From Adineta vaga (taxonomy: Eukaryota; Animalia; Rotifera), in the NCBI GenBank assembly GCA_021613535.1, contig CP075493.1:1-64000 (forward strand): a stretch of DNA of 64,000 nucleotides, written 5' to 3'. The notes under the pieces are model-generated. The model saw nothing but the letters and a program-made list of their open reading frames with translations, was not told the origin of the DNA and did no database searches. Each line of letters starts with the position of its first letter. Within the stretch, counting starts at the first letter, position 1. Both the position numbers and the translations under genes were made by a program. Below, in pieces: positions 35,602-50,135 of the stretch.

Positions 35602-38600
35602 ATTGCGAGAAGTTGTTCAGCGAAGGGCCCGGCAGACACGTCACCTTGTAAAGGCACTCTCATGTTAGTACTGAGTTTTAGTGATACAACATGTCTCCAA
35701 AGATATGAAGATTTCAAGCAAGCTTTAAGCTCATCAGCCATGGTACCCTTTGGAATTACCGGTAATGTTTGCCTAAAATCGCCAGCAAGAAGTACAACTA
35801 CTCCACCTATATTCTTTCCATTGTCATGAACATCTTGCAAAGTATTGTTCAAGGCTTTTAATGCATATCGATGGGCTATTGTGCACTCGTCCCATACAAT
35901 AAGTTCACACTCTTGCAGAACCTTAGCTTCGTTAGTTCCTTTGAGAATGCTACAGAGATGAGTTTCATCTTCGAAAAACTTAAAAGGTAATTTTAATGTC
36001 GAGTGCGCAGTGCGACCACCGTGCAGCAGCGTAGCAGCGATACCGAAAGAGGCAACAGCAATCGCGATCTTTGACTGATGCTGGATTTTAGCCAATAACA
36101 AAATGATGACAAATGTCTTTCCTGTTCCAACAGGTGCGTCGAGGAAAATTATTCCACCAGTTTTCTTCTCGATTCGAGTCAAAATCGCTTTGTATGCAGC
36201 TCTCTGACCCGGCACCAATAATGGATTATTTGCTGTTATATAAGCATCCAACTCTTTCACATCATAACTTGTTTTTCTGAGCATTGCACTGTTTAATCGA
36301 TCACCCAAATTTCGTTGAGGAGTTGGAAGGTGTAATTTCTCAAATTCTTTGCCACTCATTTCTAAAAATTTATTTTCAATAATAATCAGTGCTTGATTAA
36401 ACATATCTGGCGTATAATTCAAATTCATTCTAGGATTTTGTCTGCGAACATTTCTCAGAATGTCTTCACTTAAGCTTTCTTTGTACGACTCTCATAATTG
36501 TTTTGGATTAGATGGTCCACAAACAGCTAGTATAAGTGCGAATAGATTTCTTAATCTTGCTGGTGATTGAGCTGCAGCTGCTTCAGACATCGTAGCATCC
36601 CATTGCTGGTCATCTTCGAGTAATCCATGTAATTGACATGCTTCAAGAAGTGTTGTATATCCGACCATTCACAGTCCGCAAAGCTTCATATGAAGTAGGA
36701 CCTCTAACCGTATGAAGTAAGAGCCGTAGGTGAAAACAGTCAAAGTTCTTGGGATGCACCGTTTAGACACGTCCCAGCGCATCTCCTTCTCTAACATCTG
36801 GATAGCCAAACACAGCAGTTCCTTGAACACGCCGCTTAAACACTTTTTTAGACGCGCTCCATGTGCAGTATTTAGGAACATCACAGTACAACAGCGTTTT
36901 GGCAAAGTCGTATTTCTGACAGAGTAAGAAAAATGCTGTTAGTGTTGTTCTTGGTGGCTCATTAACTTTCTCATGAACATTATCTTCCGTGAAATAAACG
37001 CGTTGACCATTTTCCAAATGAACAGCTAAATGAACTACGGCTGGATATCGTTCGTGAATTGGAAAATCCAAGATTCGCCAGACTGCCTCATTGCTACAGA
37101 TGTATTTGATTGACTTTACCGAATTGCAATATTCCACATTGATGTGTGCTTGAAAGATCCGACTGAGCAATGGACAATATGGCACAACCCATTTGTTGTC
37201 AATTTCAATTTCTTGCATGGAATTATTAATTCTCATTTGGGTTTTGGCTGTGATACCACCGTCTTCTGGACTTCTTCTTCTGTATAATGGATACCCGTCG
37301 TCACCGGTTTCTGTATGACTCAAGAGTTGTCTTGGATATCTTTTCGTGCACTTGTCCTTTTCCATACAGGGAGATCCCTTGTTGATAACACCACATGGAC
37401 CATGAATCATTGTTTTGGTGATTATTTCAAACAGACGTGGATCTCGTTGAGGATCAGGTATTTCTGCGCTGATCACGCGATCTATTTGATCGACTTTAAT
37501 TTTGTCCTTCAGCCATATCAAAATATGAGCACGTGGTAGTCCTCTCTTTTGCCATTCAATCGAATACATCCAGCATCTTGTTGGCCCAAATACATGACTC
37601 TTGTTAATAATGTTAATCAATTTAACGAGCTTTTCCCTGAACACTCTTGCTAATAGGTCATGACGATCAGAGGGAGCTTGACCTTCCATTAGTTCTTCTT
37701 CAATTTCTTGCCACTTAGGATTGCAAGTGAATGTTATAAAGAGGTCGGGTCTTCCGTAGTTTCTTACATAATTCATAGCGTCTTGTGTATACTCATGCAT
37801 GTGCCGGGGACTTCCAGTGAAAGTTTCTGGTAGAATCACTAATTGACCAAGATCGTTAGCGTGTCCATCGTTGGCTATAGCATCTTTCAGGTGAATGTAT
37901 TCATCTACTCTAAGTTTTTTTTGATTTAAAACGTAAAAAAGATAATCTTTCGCTTTCGATCTTAGCGCACATGTCAACCACAAACTGATGGAAAAGTTGT
38001 CGACAGCGTAAGATATGATTGACAGTTTCAGATCGCACCATAATTCTGTAAGCATAAAAATCCATAGCCGATACTTTCTTACCTTTAATAGGCAATCCTG
38101 TTGTTGGATCAGTCTGTGGAATGAGGAAATGATAACCATCTTGTCCTTCCCAAAAGATGAGGGGATATTGCAAAGCGTCATAAGATCTGTGCGTCTCAGA
38201 TATTCTCTTTAACTTGTCGTTTTGCTTCTTCAGAACGATATCTCGGCTCTGAAAGTTGTTGCCAGCGATGACGACCACTATCGTATTTGTCACCGGCTCA
38301 TTGAAGCGTCGTGCATGCTCTTCAGCAAGTTTCATGTCTGCTCGGATAACCACCCTCAATTCATCCTTAGGCATTGTTTGGAAGGCAATCTTGAAAAACT
38401 CGACATAAACGTTGTGCTCATGAATCATTTCTCGCAGTTTCTTGACAATATCCTCACGTACGCTAGGCATATTTTTACAACGTTGTTTTACTTCTTTTCT
38501 ATCGTCACCCATGAAGTAAATTTGAAGAAATTGATGTTCTCGATTCGAAAGTGGTAACAAAGGTCCTACACGATGGTATACTTGACCCTGAACTCTGAAA

Positions 38601-39656
38601 GTAGGCATGAAGTCTGAGTCAGACACTTTCCCTGACATGCCAAAAGATGTCATTTGAAAGCAGCAATTGTATTTTCTAATGTTGTCCAGAAAATGCTTCG
38701 ATTCAGGCGTTGTTCCTGACATTAGTGATTCCAATGGTTCAGGAGGAGGGTGAAGTTCAGGTAACTTTACTTTACCACCAGAACAGCACATACCTCGTGT
38801 TTCTGCAGGCCACTTGTGAGCATTACAATATGGACAAACATCGCTCATTCGTCTAATATAAAGTTGAGGATGGCTGTCATAGTTGTTGCCTGGATCGTAC
38901 TGGAATGCTTCCCCTTCCATAAATGTCCATTGCGTGTTTCTGTAGGATCTTCAGCTGCTCTTGAAGCTGCCACTCTTCTTGCAGCTGATGTACTTCTTCC
39001 CAAAGAGGCTCTTTTTTTTACTGGCATTACGCAATATTTTTATCTAAATAACAAAGATAGAAAATGGAAAACGCTTTGAAGAGAATGAATTTGCAATCTT
39101 ACCTTTTGAATTGATTGTTGATATCACAATCGAAAAATATTTGGTAACCTGTGAGCTTATAAGTTTTATATGGAATATTGAACACTTACTTGTTTTTGAC
39201 AATTATGTTCAGTGATAGAATAGAATATGATTTTATTAAAACCGTTGAAGAATAAGAAATACTGTAGTGAATTTAGTTTTATTGATGAAAAACAAACGAA
39301 AAAGATACCTATTTATATAGATGCAAAACAATCGGATATTTCTATATCATCGTCATTTAGCATGACATAAACATTCCAATGACGATATAGAATATGATAT
39401 ATGAAGAGGAATGTTATACATCGCATCATACACAACAAATGACAGAGAAATCAAGTCATATGTATTCAAGGATGTAATACAGCTGATTATTGAGTAAAAT
39501 TATATAAATAATAATATATATAGATATCATTAGAACGTCATATTTCTGAGTCACGAAAAAGAACAAAGACGTCATCATTGCACGTCAGAAACAATGCATG
39601 CGCCATTGTTGTAAGTAAAATAAACACAAACACATTCCTTTATGAATATAGATAGA
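35602..39656 (-). mobile_element. Decayed Helitron (RepHel: HUH Rep plus PIF1 helicase), 3' truncated
   Basis: CPYC..CC zinc finger, FRVQGQVYH, SYDALQYPL, RPDLFITFTCNPKW, IEWQKRGLPRAHIL (HUH His changed to Arg), DAPVGTGKT, IVWDEC, GDFRQTLPV. Several frameshifts. 5' terminus A|TCTATCTATAT at 39656. Confidence 0.93.
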
Positions 39657-39657
39657 T

Positions 39658-39911
39658 GAGCGCTCAGGCGGCCTTCAGTCACATTTGCTATTAATTATTT
39701 GAATTTTTTAGAACGCTACAATGCTATTGGTCAGTTTCATACATTGTCTGTGCCATGCGTAGGACTCCCATACATTGATAGACATGTGAAATGTTGTTTT
39801 GGAGCGCTCAGACGGCCTTCGGCCGCCTTCGCTATTAATTATTTGAATTTTTTCGAATCCTGCAATCCTATTGGCCAGTTTCATAGATCGCCTGTAGCAT
39901 GCGTAGGATTC
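39658..39911. repeat. Two diverged 110-bp direct repeats (144-bp period), probably a non-autonomous Helitron remnant
   Basis: GAGCGCTCAG.CGGCCTTC...CATGCGTAGGA at 39658 and 39802, with ACAAACAAACAGACAGAC at about 40017. Confidence 0.65.
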
Positions 39912-40444
39912 GTTTTTTTTTCGGAACAAAGTCCATGTCGACCTTCCCCTGGGTGTAAAGATCACTTTTGAAAAGTTTCATACCATTTGCTCGTACGGTC
40001 TTCAAATGCCTAGCGAACAAACAAACAGACAGACAAACTTTCTTCTTTTTTCGTGTGTGATTCTTGTTTCATTATTTTTGTCCTTACATAACCCCAATAT
40101 ACATCATTATGTTTTTTATCTTCTTTGTCATTTATTGGATACGGTAGGCTTGTTTTTTGCCATTTGCCAGATTCGTTGATATCTATCAATCATTAGTCAG
40201 CTCCATTACGATTTCGTCTCAGGATATCATCGTAGATTGTGCTTATATTTTTCTTTCCGAAGCAAGAACTTCACAAGAGCTAGATATATTTTATGGATAT
40301 TATTGTTTACGAGTGTTAAATTTCTAGCATTTACATTTGATAGCAAATAGCTCAGCGTAGCACAAAAATCAAAATTCACCAATTTTCGAATCACATGCAA
40401 CAAAAAATACTCATAATCAGTGTTCAAAGATTAAACATGTATGT

Positions 40445-42340
40445 TCACTTCTTCTGAGCCTGTTTCAATTCATTGACCATCGCTTCTGACAATTTGAACT
40501 TCTGGATTTTGCCCGTCGGTGTCATGATGAACTTTTGCACGATGCGGATGTGTTTGGGAATCTTGAAAAATGCCATTTTATCTCTCAGGAATCGAGTGAT
40601 GTCATTTGACTGACATGCAGCTGTATCAGATTTGAGCTTAATCCATGCGCATATCTCTTCGCCATATCTTTCGTCAGGAATCGAGAAGACTTGTACTTCA
40701 GCGACACTTGGATGTTCCATAATGGAATTCTCTATCTCCGTGGGATAGATGTTTACTCCACCACGAATGATCATCTCTTTTCGACGACCAACATAGTAAA
40801 TATACCCATCTTCGTCCATCCGACCTTCATCACCAGTACGAAGCCAACCAGACGGCGTGAGAGTTTCTTTTGTTTTCTCGGAGTCATCATAATATTCGAT
40901 CATAAGGGAATAGCCTCTTGCCCATATTTCGCCATGCTGTCCGATAGGTACCGGATTTCCTTCTGTATCAGCTATCTTCACTTCTAAACCTTGCATGCAT
41001 TTGCCTAGCGATCCCATACGTCGCTTGACATCTGTTTGACCAGCCCATTCTCCGCTAAACATCAACCCTGAGTTTTCCGTGATACCATAGTTTTGACAAA
41101 CAATCTTAATTGGTATTTCTTTCTCTAGTTGGAGTAGAAAATCAATGTGCATTGGGTTTGCTCCTAAAGCACCGAAAATTAACGAACTTAGATCATAGTT
41201 TTTTCGGTCAGGATGTTCGAGAATATCCCTAAAGATAATGGGTGCACCGATAAGAGCCGTGCATTTTTCTTCATCAATAGTTTGCATAGTCAACAATGTA
41301 TCGGGCAAGATGGTCGGAAAAATAATCGTGCATGGAGCTACAGCCGCACTAAGTACACCAAAGCTTTCGCAGAAAATGTGAAACATCGGTATGGGAGCAC
41401 AAACCCGAGCAAAATACTTTCCGAGCAGTTCTCGTTGAGCATTGGCCAAGTTGAGCATAGCGAAATTGGTAAGTGTTGCTGCTTTTGGTTGACCTGTGGT
41501 ACCTGATGTAAAGAAGATTGCAGCAGGTGAATCAGAGTTGACCAATGCTTGACGTTTCTTCAGTTCATCATATGACAGCTTGCTGCCGCGTTCTATCAGT
41601 TCAGTGTATAAATGCATTCCATCACGTGATGACGACGAATCACCGGTGAGTATGACATGTTTAAGTGTTGGAATTGCTTTCGACGACAGCTCGCGACATG
41701 TAGAATGCTGATCAAGTTCGGGTACAAGTTTCCGAATGATCGATAATGACGGAATGGCTTTCACTGCTGACGACAGAATGAGGCCTTTGCAACCTACTTT
41801 GTTGACGCAATACTCCAGTTCACGTCCCACATACGACGGATTGATGTTCACCTAAGCATGAATGTCTGATAAAAGGCGAAAGATGAGAGTGAGGGTTTAC
41901 TTTGATCAGACCTAGTTTGGATGCAGCAAACGACATGGCCACATTCTCTGATGTGTTGGGTAGCCACACAGCGAAACGATCGTGTTTTTGGAAGCCTAGT
42001 TCGAGAAGTGACGCAGCTAGACTGTCCACTTCGTGCTTGAATGACTTGAATGTAAACCGCTTTTGTTCACCTGAAGAATCATAAGTGTAGATATAGAGAA
42101 CGAGAGAGTGAACATACTCCTAAAAATATAACATTCGTGATTTGGATGCCCGATTGCTATCTCGTCGAAGCTTTGGCTGAGCGTTTTGTAGATGAGTGGT
42201 AGTGATGACACATGATGGTAATAACTGGAAGTTAATTTTGTCAAACTTGATGCAATTGCACTGCTGTGTTTCTTGAGTTGTAGGAAAATGTATGTCGTGT
42301 TGGAAGGTATAAGAAAGCGTTTCGTGTTAATGATAAGCAT
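40445..42340 (-). CDS. ACSF2: ACSF2-like acyl-CoA synthetase / AMP-dependent CoA ligase (599 aa, 3 exons)
   Basis: Exons 42340-42118, 42070-41901, 41851-40445; introns of 47 and 49 nt, GT-AG, in phase. FTSGTTGQPK, YGITE, WLRTGD, RRKEMIIRGGVNIYPTEIE, PDERYGEEICAWIKLK, TPTGKIQKFKL. Basic/Ser-rich, acid-free N-terminus resembles a mitochondrial presequence. Confidence 0.9.
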
Positions 42341-42919
42341 GTTTCAATGAAATTAAACTATAATATCGATGTGTATGTTTCTATTGTAGATAGAAGGCAA
42401 CAAGTGAGCATGTGTAGAGAGCTTTTTTCTGCGCTTTATTTGTATTTGTTACATTTACTACATATGATGTGTACGCTGAAGCGCGAGAGTACGGTACAAA
42501 TCCGACAAATATTGGCAAAGATGGATTAGATCACGTTGTTTCGCTAACATTTCTTCTCGGATAGTATAGTTTTTGTTTGTAATCTGTTGATCTCAACGCT
42601 ATTCTACTTGGAAGAAAATCAAAATAAGCAGCTGATTTTTAATATTTCGTGTATGAATCTGTGTGTATTACTATTATAGCTGCAAGGGCGACATAATTTA
42701 AATGTATTTACTTGAGATGGATTAATATTAGAAGTTTGCATTGCTCTTCAATGCAAAGAATTCTCTTCAACACACACAGAACTACTAATCACCATAGATT
42801 GCATTTGTCTTAACGTACTAGTCTATCAATCGATGTGAAGCTGCGGCCTGACGACTGATCAAAACTTACCGAATACTGACCAGTAGGAAAACGTGCATAA
42901 AATACCGAGAAAAACGTCT

Positions 42920-43539
42920 TACGAGGGAGGTGCCCGAAGTGTCCCATCGATTTAGAGCTCATACTTTGGCCATAAGTAGACCTCAATATGACTAACAAAA
43001 GCCAAAGAGGATTCGTGCCCATGTGTCTGCGGGGCTGAGTTATAATCGTTTTACTGGTTTTTGCCCTATGGCTCTGGTTTACCTGCAAAATCGAATCAAC
43101 GAGTTTCGACCTAAAACTTCGTCCGTGGAGAGGTCTCAGGGCAACTAGAATACTCTGTAAGTTTCAGACCAAACGAAAGCACCCTTCTTAAGAAATTCAA
43201 TTTTCAAAAATCAACTATTTCTTAGAAAAAGTTGACAAAATCGGAATTTATTGTAAATTGAATTTCTTAAGAAGGGTGCTTTCGTTTGGTCTGAAACTTA
43301 CAGAGTATTCTAGTTGCCCTGAGACCTCTCCACGGACGAAGTTTTAGGTCGAAACTCGTTGATTCGATTTTGCAGGTAAACCAGAGCCATAGGGCAAAAA
43401 CCAGTAAAACGATTATAACTCAGCCCCGCAGACACATGGGCACGAATCTTCTTAGGCTTTTGCTAGTCATATTGAGGTCTACTTATGGCCAAAGTATGAG
43501 CTCTAAATCGATGGGACACTTCGGGCACCTCCATCGTTA
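42920..43539. mobile_element. Mariner-like foldback MITE
   Basis: TACGAGGGAGGTGCCCGAAGTG... with near-perfect inverted arms of about 280 bp. Confidence 0.9.
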
Positions 43540-44326
43540 GTAACCATTATCGAACAGAATTGAAAACCACATGAAAATGAACACCAGACAGAAGACATAA
43601 AAAACACACTGGTAATCTCTTTCTGTTCAAAATACGAAACATAACCGTTCACAAAAACGAAATTCGAACCACTGTTCCATCCTAAAACCCAAGCGAACAA
43701 AAGTATTTCCTGGACCCGGAAGACACAACAATCGACGGGAGTGAGAATGAGGAGCGAGCCAGACTGCTCTACTCACCCACACTAACTCCCTCACATCCTC
43801 ACACTCACAATGGTATTTTTAGTGACGAGTAAATTTGAGTACAACGGTATATAGCTACAGCGATTTGTTTATCGATCTTATCAAAAGAGTTTAGCGGGTG
43901 CTATATTTAATCTGCATATAGAAATTTTATCTCACAAGTAACGCTAGCCCAGAAAATGCGAACTCGTCGACGTAGAAACCGTGCGGACAGAGTAACGCTA
44001 AAATATTACGTTTGATCGAGTTTAAGGATGCACGAGTTCTGTTTGACTGGATACCAGTCGGATTGGCTTAAAACTCTGTGTTTCGGAACGATATATATTC
44101 CCTAGACTGTAGAGAGGGTCATTTGACAAAAAATAGTTTGTGGGTGGTTTTGTGTCAAGGTAAAAAGAACGTGGGAAATAGAAATCGACTCTCGATTCTG
44201 TTTGATCGAAATTTGGACCAATCAGATTTCAGGAGGGTTTTTTCTCCATTAATTATCGAACAAAATCTAGAGGTTGCTTACATCAACTCCAGGTTATCGA
44301 GAATGCTCTTTTAGATAAGATAAGTC

Positions 44327-44972
44327 CAGAGCTGGACAACTCAAATCCAAAAGATACCCAATTCGATTCAATTCGTCGAGAAAGAAATGCAACTCAATGA
44401 GCCTTATTCCCATTTCGCTTGTGGCCACGAACATGTAGAAAAAATGGCCACATATCTTTTCACTTGTTGTTAGGTTCTATTCTATTTCTTTCTCTATTGT
44501 CACTATAGTGACAATACGATAGAGAAAGAAATAGATAGATAGATCAAAGAAATAGAATCGAACCTAACAACAAGTGAAAAGATATGCGGCCATTTTTTCT
44601 ACATGTTCGTGACCACAAGCGAAATGGGAATACGGCTCATTCAACTCAATTCAATGATATTTTAAAATTTTTGTACTCAATTCATGAATTGAGCGATTCT
44701 TAGCTAAAATATGCAATAATTCATGCGTGGAAAGTATAAAAATTACGTAGGATAATATAGCAAAACATTATTAAGCAAAACATAACACTTTATTTAAATA
44801 AATTATTGCGAAATAAACTTTTTTCTAGCTCAATTAATAGAATCTTGTTCTGAGTTGAGTTGAGTTCAATTCATTGACCACGAAAAATAGTTCTCAAGTA
44901 AATTCATCAACTCAAAAAATGAATCGAATTGAGTTGAGTTCGCCATTTTTTCAATTGAACTGCCCAGCTCTG
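44327..44972. mobile_element. hAT MITE containing a nested GAG...CTC foldback (44399-44638)
   Basis: TSD GATAAGTC/AATAAGTC, termini CAGAGCTGG...CCAGCTCTG, inner arms of about 90 bp. Confidence 0.85.
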
Positions 44973-45085
44973 AATAAGTCTCGAGAGCGTTTCACCACCA
45001 AAAACCGACTCTTGTAAGAGAGAATAAGAAAGGTCTATTAGCGGATAGGAGAAAAAAGCCAGGATAAGAGTGAAGTACAGCAAGG

Positions 45086-46443
45086 TACATGGTGCGTTCA
45101 AAAAGTTTCCGTACTGATTCTATTTAAAAACAATAAGAAACCCTTTATTATTTATATTAATGTCTGTGCATAGTTCACACAGTCCTCTATCAGAAGAGAT
45201 CATAAGCTTAGTTGATTCGAACATATATATGAAAAAAAAATAAATACTTTTGAGACCAGTATATATACACTGCTTGTAAATTAAGAATGTGATGAAATTT
45301 TTGTTTTGCAAGGCTAATTGCTATTTCATACTTATAAGCATATGGAAAAAAATTAAAGCAATAATGCTCTATCAAATACTATGATATATAAATGGACTCA
45401 CAGTTCTTAAGGCAAAAAATGACGAATCTGAATATGGCCCACTGTTGATTCATGCAGTATCAGAAGTTGGGTCATCTTCTTAATCTGATTTTAGTATTAT
45501 AAGATTGATCACATTAATTAGTATACATAGTGAATGTGTAGTGTTAACGATGTTTCCTATCTATCCACATACGATTCGATTAAGTTTGATCATAGGACCT
45601 TCTATAGTTTTAAAATTTCTGTTTTTTCGCATACTGATTTTCATCCATGTGTGATAGTGCACGTACGCAATACGGATTACATTCAGAAACTGTAGTAGGA
45701 GACAGAGTATCGTTCAGGAGAACGTGCCATTATATAGTCGTAAATATCAGGTGACGCGTCGTTCTCTACAAAAAAAAATTTCATCAGTGAATGGTGCTCC
45801 AAATGTACGATTGTTAGGCAGCGTGTATATACTAGTCTCAAAAGTATTTATCTTTTTCATATATATGTTCGAATCAATTAAGCTTATGATCTCTTCTGAT
45901 ACACTCTAAATAAAAAAGGTGTCTTACCAAACCCATCAAAAAGGTTCTGTGGATGTCAAAAGCTTCAGAATGCGTCGATAAATCAAAAGAAATGCCTTTC
46001 AAAATTTACGAAACCTAAAAAGGATCTGACCGCGGGTATACGCTCCGAACCATCGTCTACGAAACCTTTTTAAGTTTCGTACAGTGACAAAAGGTTTCGT
46101 ATTTGCTCACGAAACCTTAATGCATTCGTATAAAACCACAGTGCTGAACCCCGAGGTTTCGTACTTTCTGACGGAACCTTTTTTTCGCTCTACAAAACTC
46201 AAAAAGGCTTCGTAGATGATGGTTCGGAGCGTGTACCCGCGGTCAGATCCTTTTTAGGTTTCGTAGATTTTGAAAGCCATTTCTTTTGATATATCAACGC
46301 ATTCTGAAGCTATTGAAATCTACGAAACTCTTTTGATGGGTTCAGTCACCTTACCTTTTTTATTTAGAGTGTAGAGGACTGTGTGAACTATACACAGGCA
46401 GTAATATAAATAATAAAGGGTTTCTTATTGTTTTTAAATAGAA
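45086..46443. mobile_element. Mariner-like MITE interrupted by a CACTC-ended MITE (45902-46371, TA TSD)
   Basis: The left arm (45119-45270) matches the right arm, which is split at CTTCTGATA|...|GAGGACTGTGTG. Inner element CACTCTAAATAAAAAAGG...CCTTTTTTATTTAGAGTG. Confidence 0.88.
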
Positions 46444-47386
46444 CGGAATTAGGAGTACACAGGAGATCATAGGAGAGAAAGAAGAGGAAATATGAAAAAC
46501 CTAGAAAATGGTAAGAGAGAATTGGAGAGAAAAGAGCTGGGAATGAGTATAGCAGAGTAATAAGAGAAAAAAGAGAGGTCTAGGAGAAAATAGGAGAGAA
46601 TTGTGGCAGAATGTTCGGCCCACTAGTCTAAGCCGACGAAACCGTATCCGAGACCGGCTTTGGAAAGTTTGCGACATCGATTTTGTTGTTGGGAGAGTAT
46701 TGTCTGGGGATAATAAGGACACCGTTTAAAATTGGACCAAAGATATAATTGAGTAGGGGAATTAGAGCGTATTTTCCCTCGACTGAAGCTAGAGTGATTT
46801 GCGGAGAAATCGATAATATGTTTACCTGTCTGTCCAAGATCATAGAAACATTGAGGTCGAAAAGATATCTGATTCGCGAATTTTTGTGGAAGAGATCGGA
46901 TAGGTTTGGAACGTCAGGAAATCCGATGGTGCCATTAGTTTCTCGAAACTTCCATCTCTGTTTTCTCAGTCCAGAGATGGCCCCCAGTCCGAACTCATGA
47001 AACCTTAGGAGAGTTGATTGAAGGTAATAGAGATCGGGAAATCCGATGGTATTATGGACTTCACATTACTCTTCTCTTTCCCGCTATTAGTTAAACTATA
47101 TTAAGAGAATGTCTGCTTCTAATTAATCATGCGATAATAATAGACAGATGATGCATAAGCTTAGAAAAAGTGAGAATCAGTGGTTAGAAACGGCGAGTCG
47201 AGAGTGGTGGACCGAAGGGACACCGTCGAATGACGAGCCGCTGTGTGTATGACTCGATGTCACTAATGTGTGCGCACAGGATCACCGGAGATTTCATGGA
47301 AGCCTGCCTCAACTCATCCAATACAACGGTCCAATCCCAGAAACCATTCCAGATATCACAGTACAGGTACTTATGAGAGTAGGTCG

Positions 47387-48133
47387 CGGGTATTATTAAT
47401 TTATGCTAACAGCACAAACACTCACATCTCGATGAGTTATGACGGCAAACACCCACTTTTTCTCACTTTTAAGAGAGATAGACCCCCAACAAAGCGAAAA
47501 AATCGCCCTTCTCAGCGCAAACACCCAATATCACTCTTATATGTCCTGACAAACACCCACAGAATTGTAAAATCTGCATTATTGAAAGTACAAGTGGTAT
47601 CCACCCATCAAGTAGTAAGGACCTGGGTGAACGTCTAGGTGGGATTCAAATGGGTCTCAAATTACTGCGCCAAAGTAGACAAGCACTTCCGTATTTCCTT
47701 CCATGATGTCCCAACATACATTAACACTTACTGGCTACCAAACTAACCCTTCACTTAGTATGAACACGTCCATTCATATGTCCAGTCATTCTGATAAGGT
47801 CCGTACCCATTCAACCTCATGAGTCGGTGTGGATATCATGGAAAGGAATACGGAAGTGCTTGTCTACTTTAGCGCAGTAATTTGAGACCCATATGAATCC
47901 CACCCAGACGTTCACCCAGGTCCTTACTACTTGATGGGAGGATACCACTTGTGCTTTCAATAATGCAGATTTTGCAATTCTATGAGTGTTTGTACTGAGA
48001 AGGGCGATTTTTTCGCTTTGTTGGGGGTCTATCTCTCTTAAAAGTGAGATAAGGTGGGTGTTTGTAGCAGTGACCGATATGCGATCTTAAAAAGTTGGGT
48101 GTTTGTGCTGTTAGCATCAAATAGTAATACCCG
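47387..48133. mobile_element. Long-TIR non-autonomous element (family of 31887-32965)
   Basis: CGGGTATTA...TAATACCCG termini with long inverted arms. Confidence 0.87.
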
Positions 48134-50135
48134 TACGTCGCCGTGGTTTATTACTGGAATCTAGCGTTTCATTAACTGATCCACGTAGCTGACTATATAC
48201 TTGTCTAAACAGATAAGACGAAAGTTGTGTCAAACGAGTGAGAATTGATCGGGAAGGAGAATTAGCATAATCTCAGAAGACTTGTGACAATGAGCACCTC
48301 TAGTTGCATCAATTGTAAAGAGGATCAGGATGTGGATGTCAGCGGCTTTCTAACCGATGGGTTGGTTTTATATAGTACCCTCAAGATGTGACTACACAAA
48401 AGTGGCAGGAACCTCTTAGTCGTTTACGGTTCATTTTTCGGACGACAATGATGCATGACTGACGATTATCATAGAAATGGCTAACAATGATTAATGCATA
48501 TAGAATTGTCTCCTGCGGGATCCACATCGCGAACCCAAAGAGCAGATAGCGAACGCGTTCAGTTAGAAAACAACAATTGTGGCGAAAGAACTAGGAATAT
48601 AAACACGCTAAAATTTCTCACTTTGGCGATCAAACAGTATTAATCCGCATATCTACTAATCAGATCTCTAGAAAAGAAGAGAACGGTTGTTTTTCCAGAG
48701 TGTTTGTTTATAACTCTTCGGAGGAATGGTACGGTAGCATGTGACGTTAGGATGTGCATAGTGATGTACACATTTTCGTGTGATGCTACTGATAAGGTAT
48801 ATGTACGATTACGATCGGTTTTGTAGAAAAGGAAGTAAAGAGAGCTCAAGTTGGTTCGTGTGCACCCGTTTGCATGTGTGCTCAAGCAAACGAGAGACGT
48901 GTTTTTTTAGTGCGAGGTGTTTGTGCAGTTCATAGAGCAGTACCAAAAACAGAGAAAGCGCTTTTTTGAGGGTGTGAACTCTTTGAATCATCGAACATGA
49001 TGCAGAAGAGTGGGAAACATTTCAACAAACTATACAGTAAGTAATCATAAGCGTGCGTCTTCATGATATGTTCTGCAAGTACACCAAGCACCATCAGTCG
49101 AGGGGGAAGCGAGACTCTTCGGCGAGCGTTACTTGTTAATTCTTGCTTTATGAGCACTACTTGTCATTTGATGTTCGATCCGGTCGGACTGGGAGAATAG
49201 CTAGTACGACTGTATCCAGTCGCCTAATTCTGAACTGGAACTGATGCATTCATAGTATAATGCATGAAAAATTTCTCCAATTTACTGAAGCTAATCCTGG
49301 TAGACATTTATCGAATGATTTTCACGAATTTTGTAACATTTCTTTGACAGTGATAAAAAAGTCGCTCTAGACTAACTTTCCTATAGTGCATCGAAATGGG
49401 CTAAGAATTGTGGTTCGACAGTTTCGAAACATACTCTATCTAATGGACCTAAAAGATCGAGAAGTAATTTTTCGTCTACTGCCTTATATATGGGGGTGAT
49501 CCTCAGGCTTTTCATGAGCCATCTCTTATATACTGAAATATATTTAAACGACATTCAAAAATTGTATTCAAGTCCTCGTTCCTCTCACATTTTATTTCAA
49601 TTTCAAATGAAAGACTGTCGTAATTCTGGAAAAAGCGTTTGCTTCTTTTGATATAAACTGGTACCACATATTGTAACAGATGTAAAAAGAGAGTTTTTAT
49701 TAGATCACTTACCTGAATGATTTCAACGGATATGCCGAAGCTATGTTTGTCGGTATGTCTTTCTCAAGAGTTAGAATTGCAAATGCCACGAACCGTTTCT
49801 CCTAGTGGTCGATAATATATTAGAGAAAAATTCACTTAAGAAACTGAGCCAATACAGTTTACAGACAAAAAAAGAGATACAATATAACCTATGTATAGTG
49901 AACTCTCATGGGACTATTTAAACTTGTCCACTATAAGGAGGTGTCGAGTTTGTAGTGGTTTTTAATTTTTTCTTAAGAAACGTTGTTGCTGTTTCTGTGG
50001 ATACTAAAATCTCTCTGTAGTATTTTTAGAAAAGAATCGTTCTGATTACAGTTAGATCACCAGTAATTGAGAATTACTTTCAATATCAATTATCAAAACA
50101 TTTTAATTTCATTAGTTGTTTTCAAAAAAATTACT

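Noticed and set aside
46450-47060. Possible LINE 3' fragment with a GA-rich tail
   Set aside because: No diagnostic motif in any frame examined.
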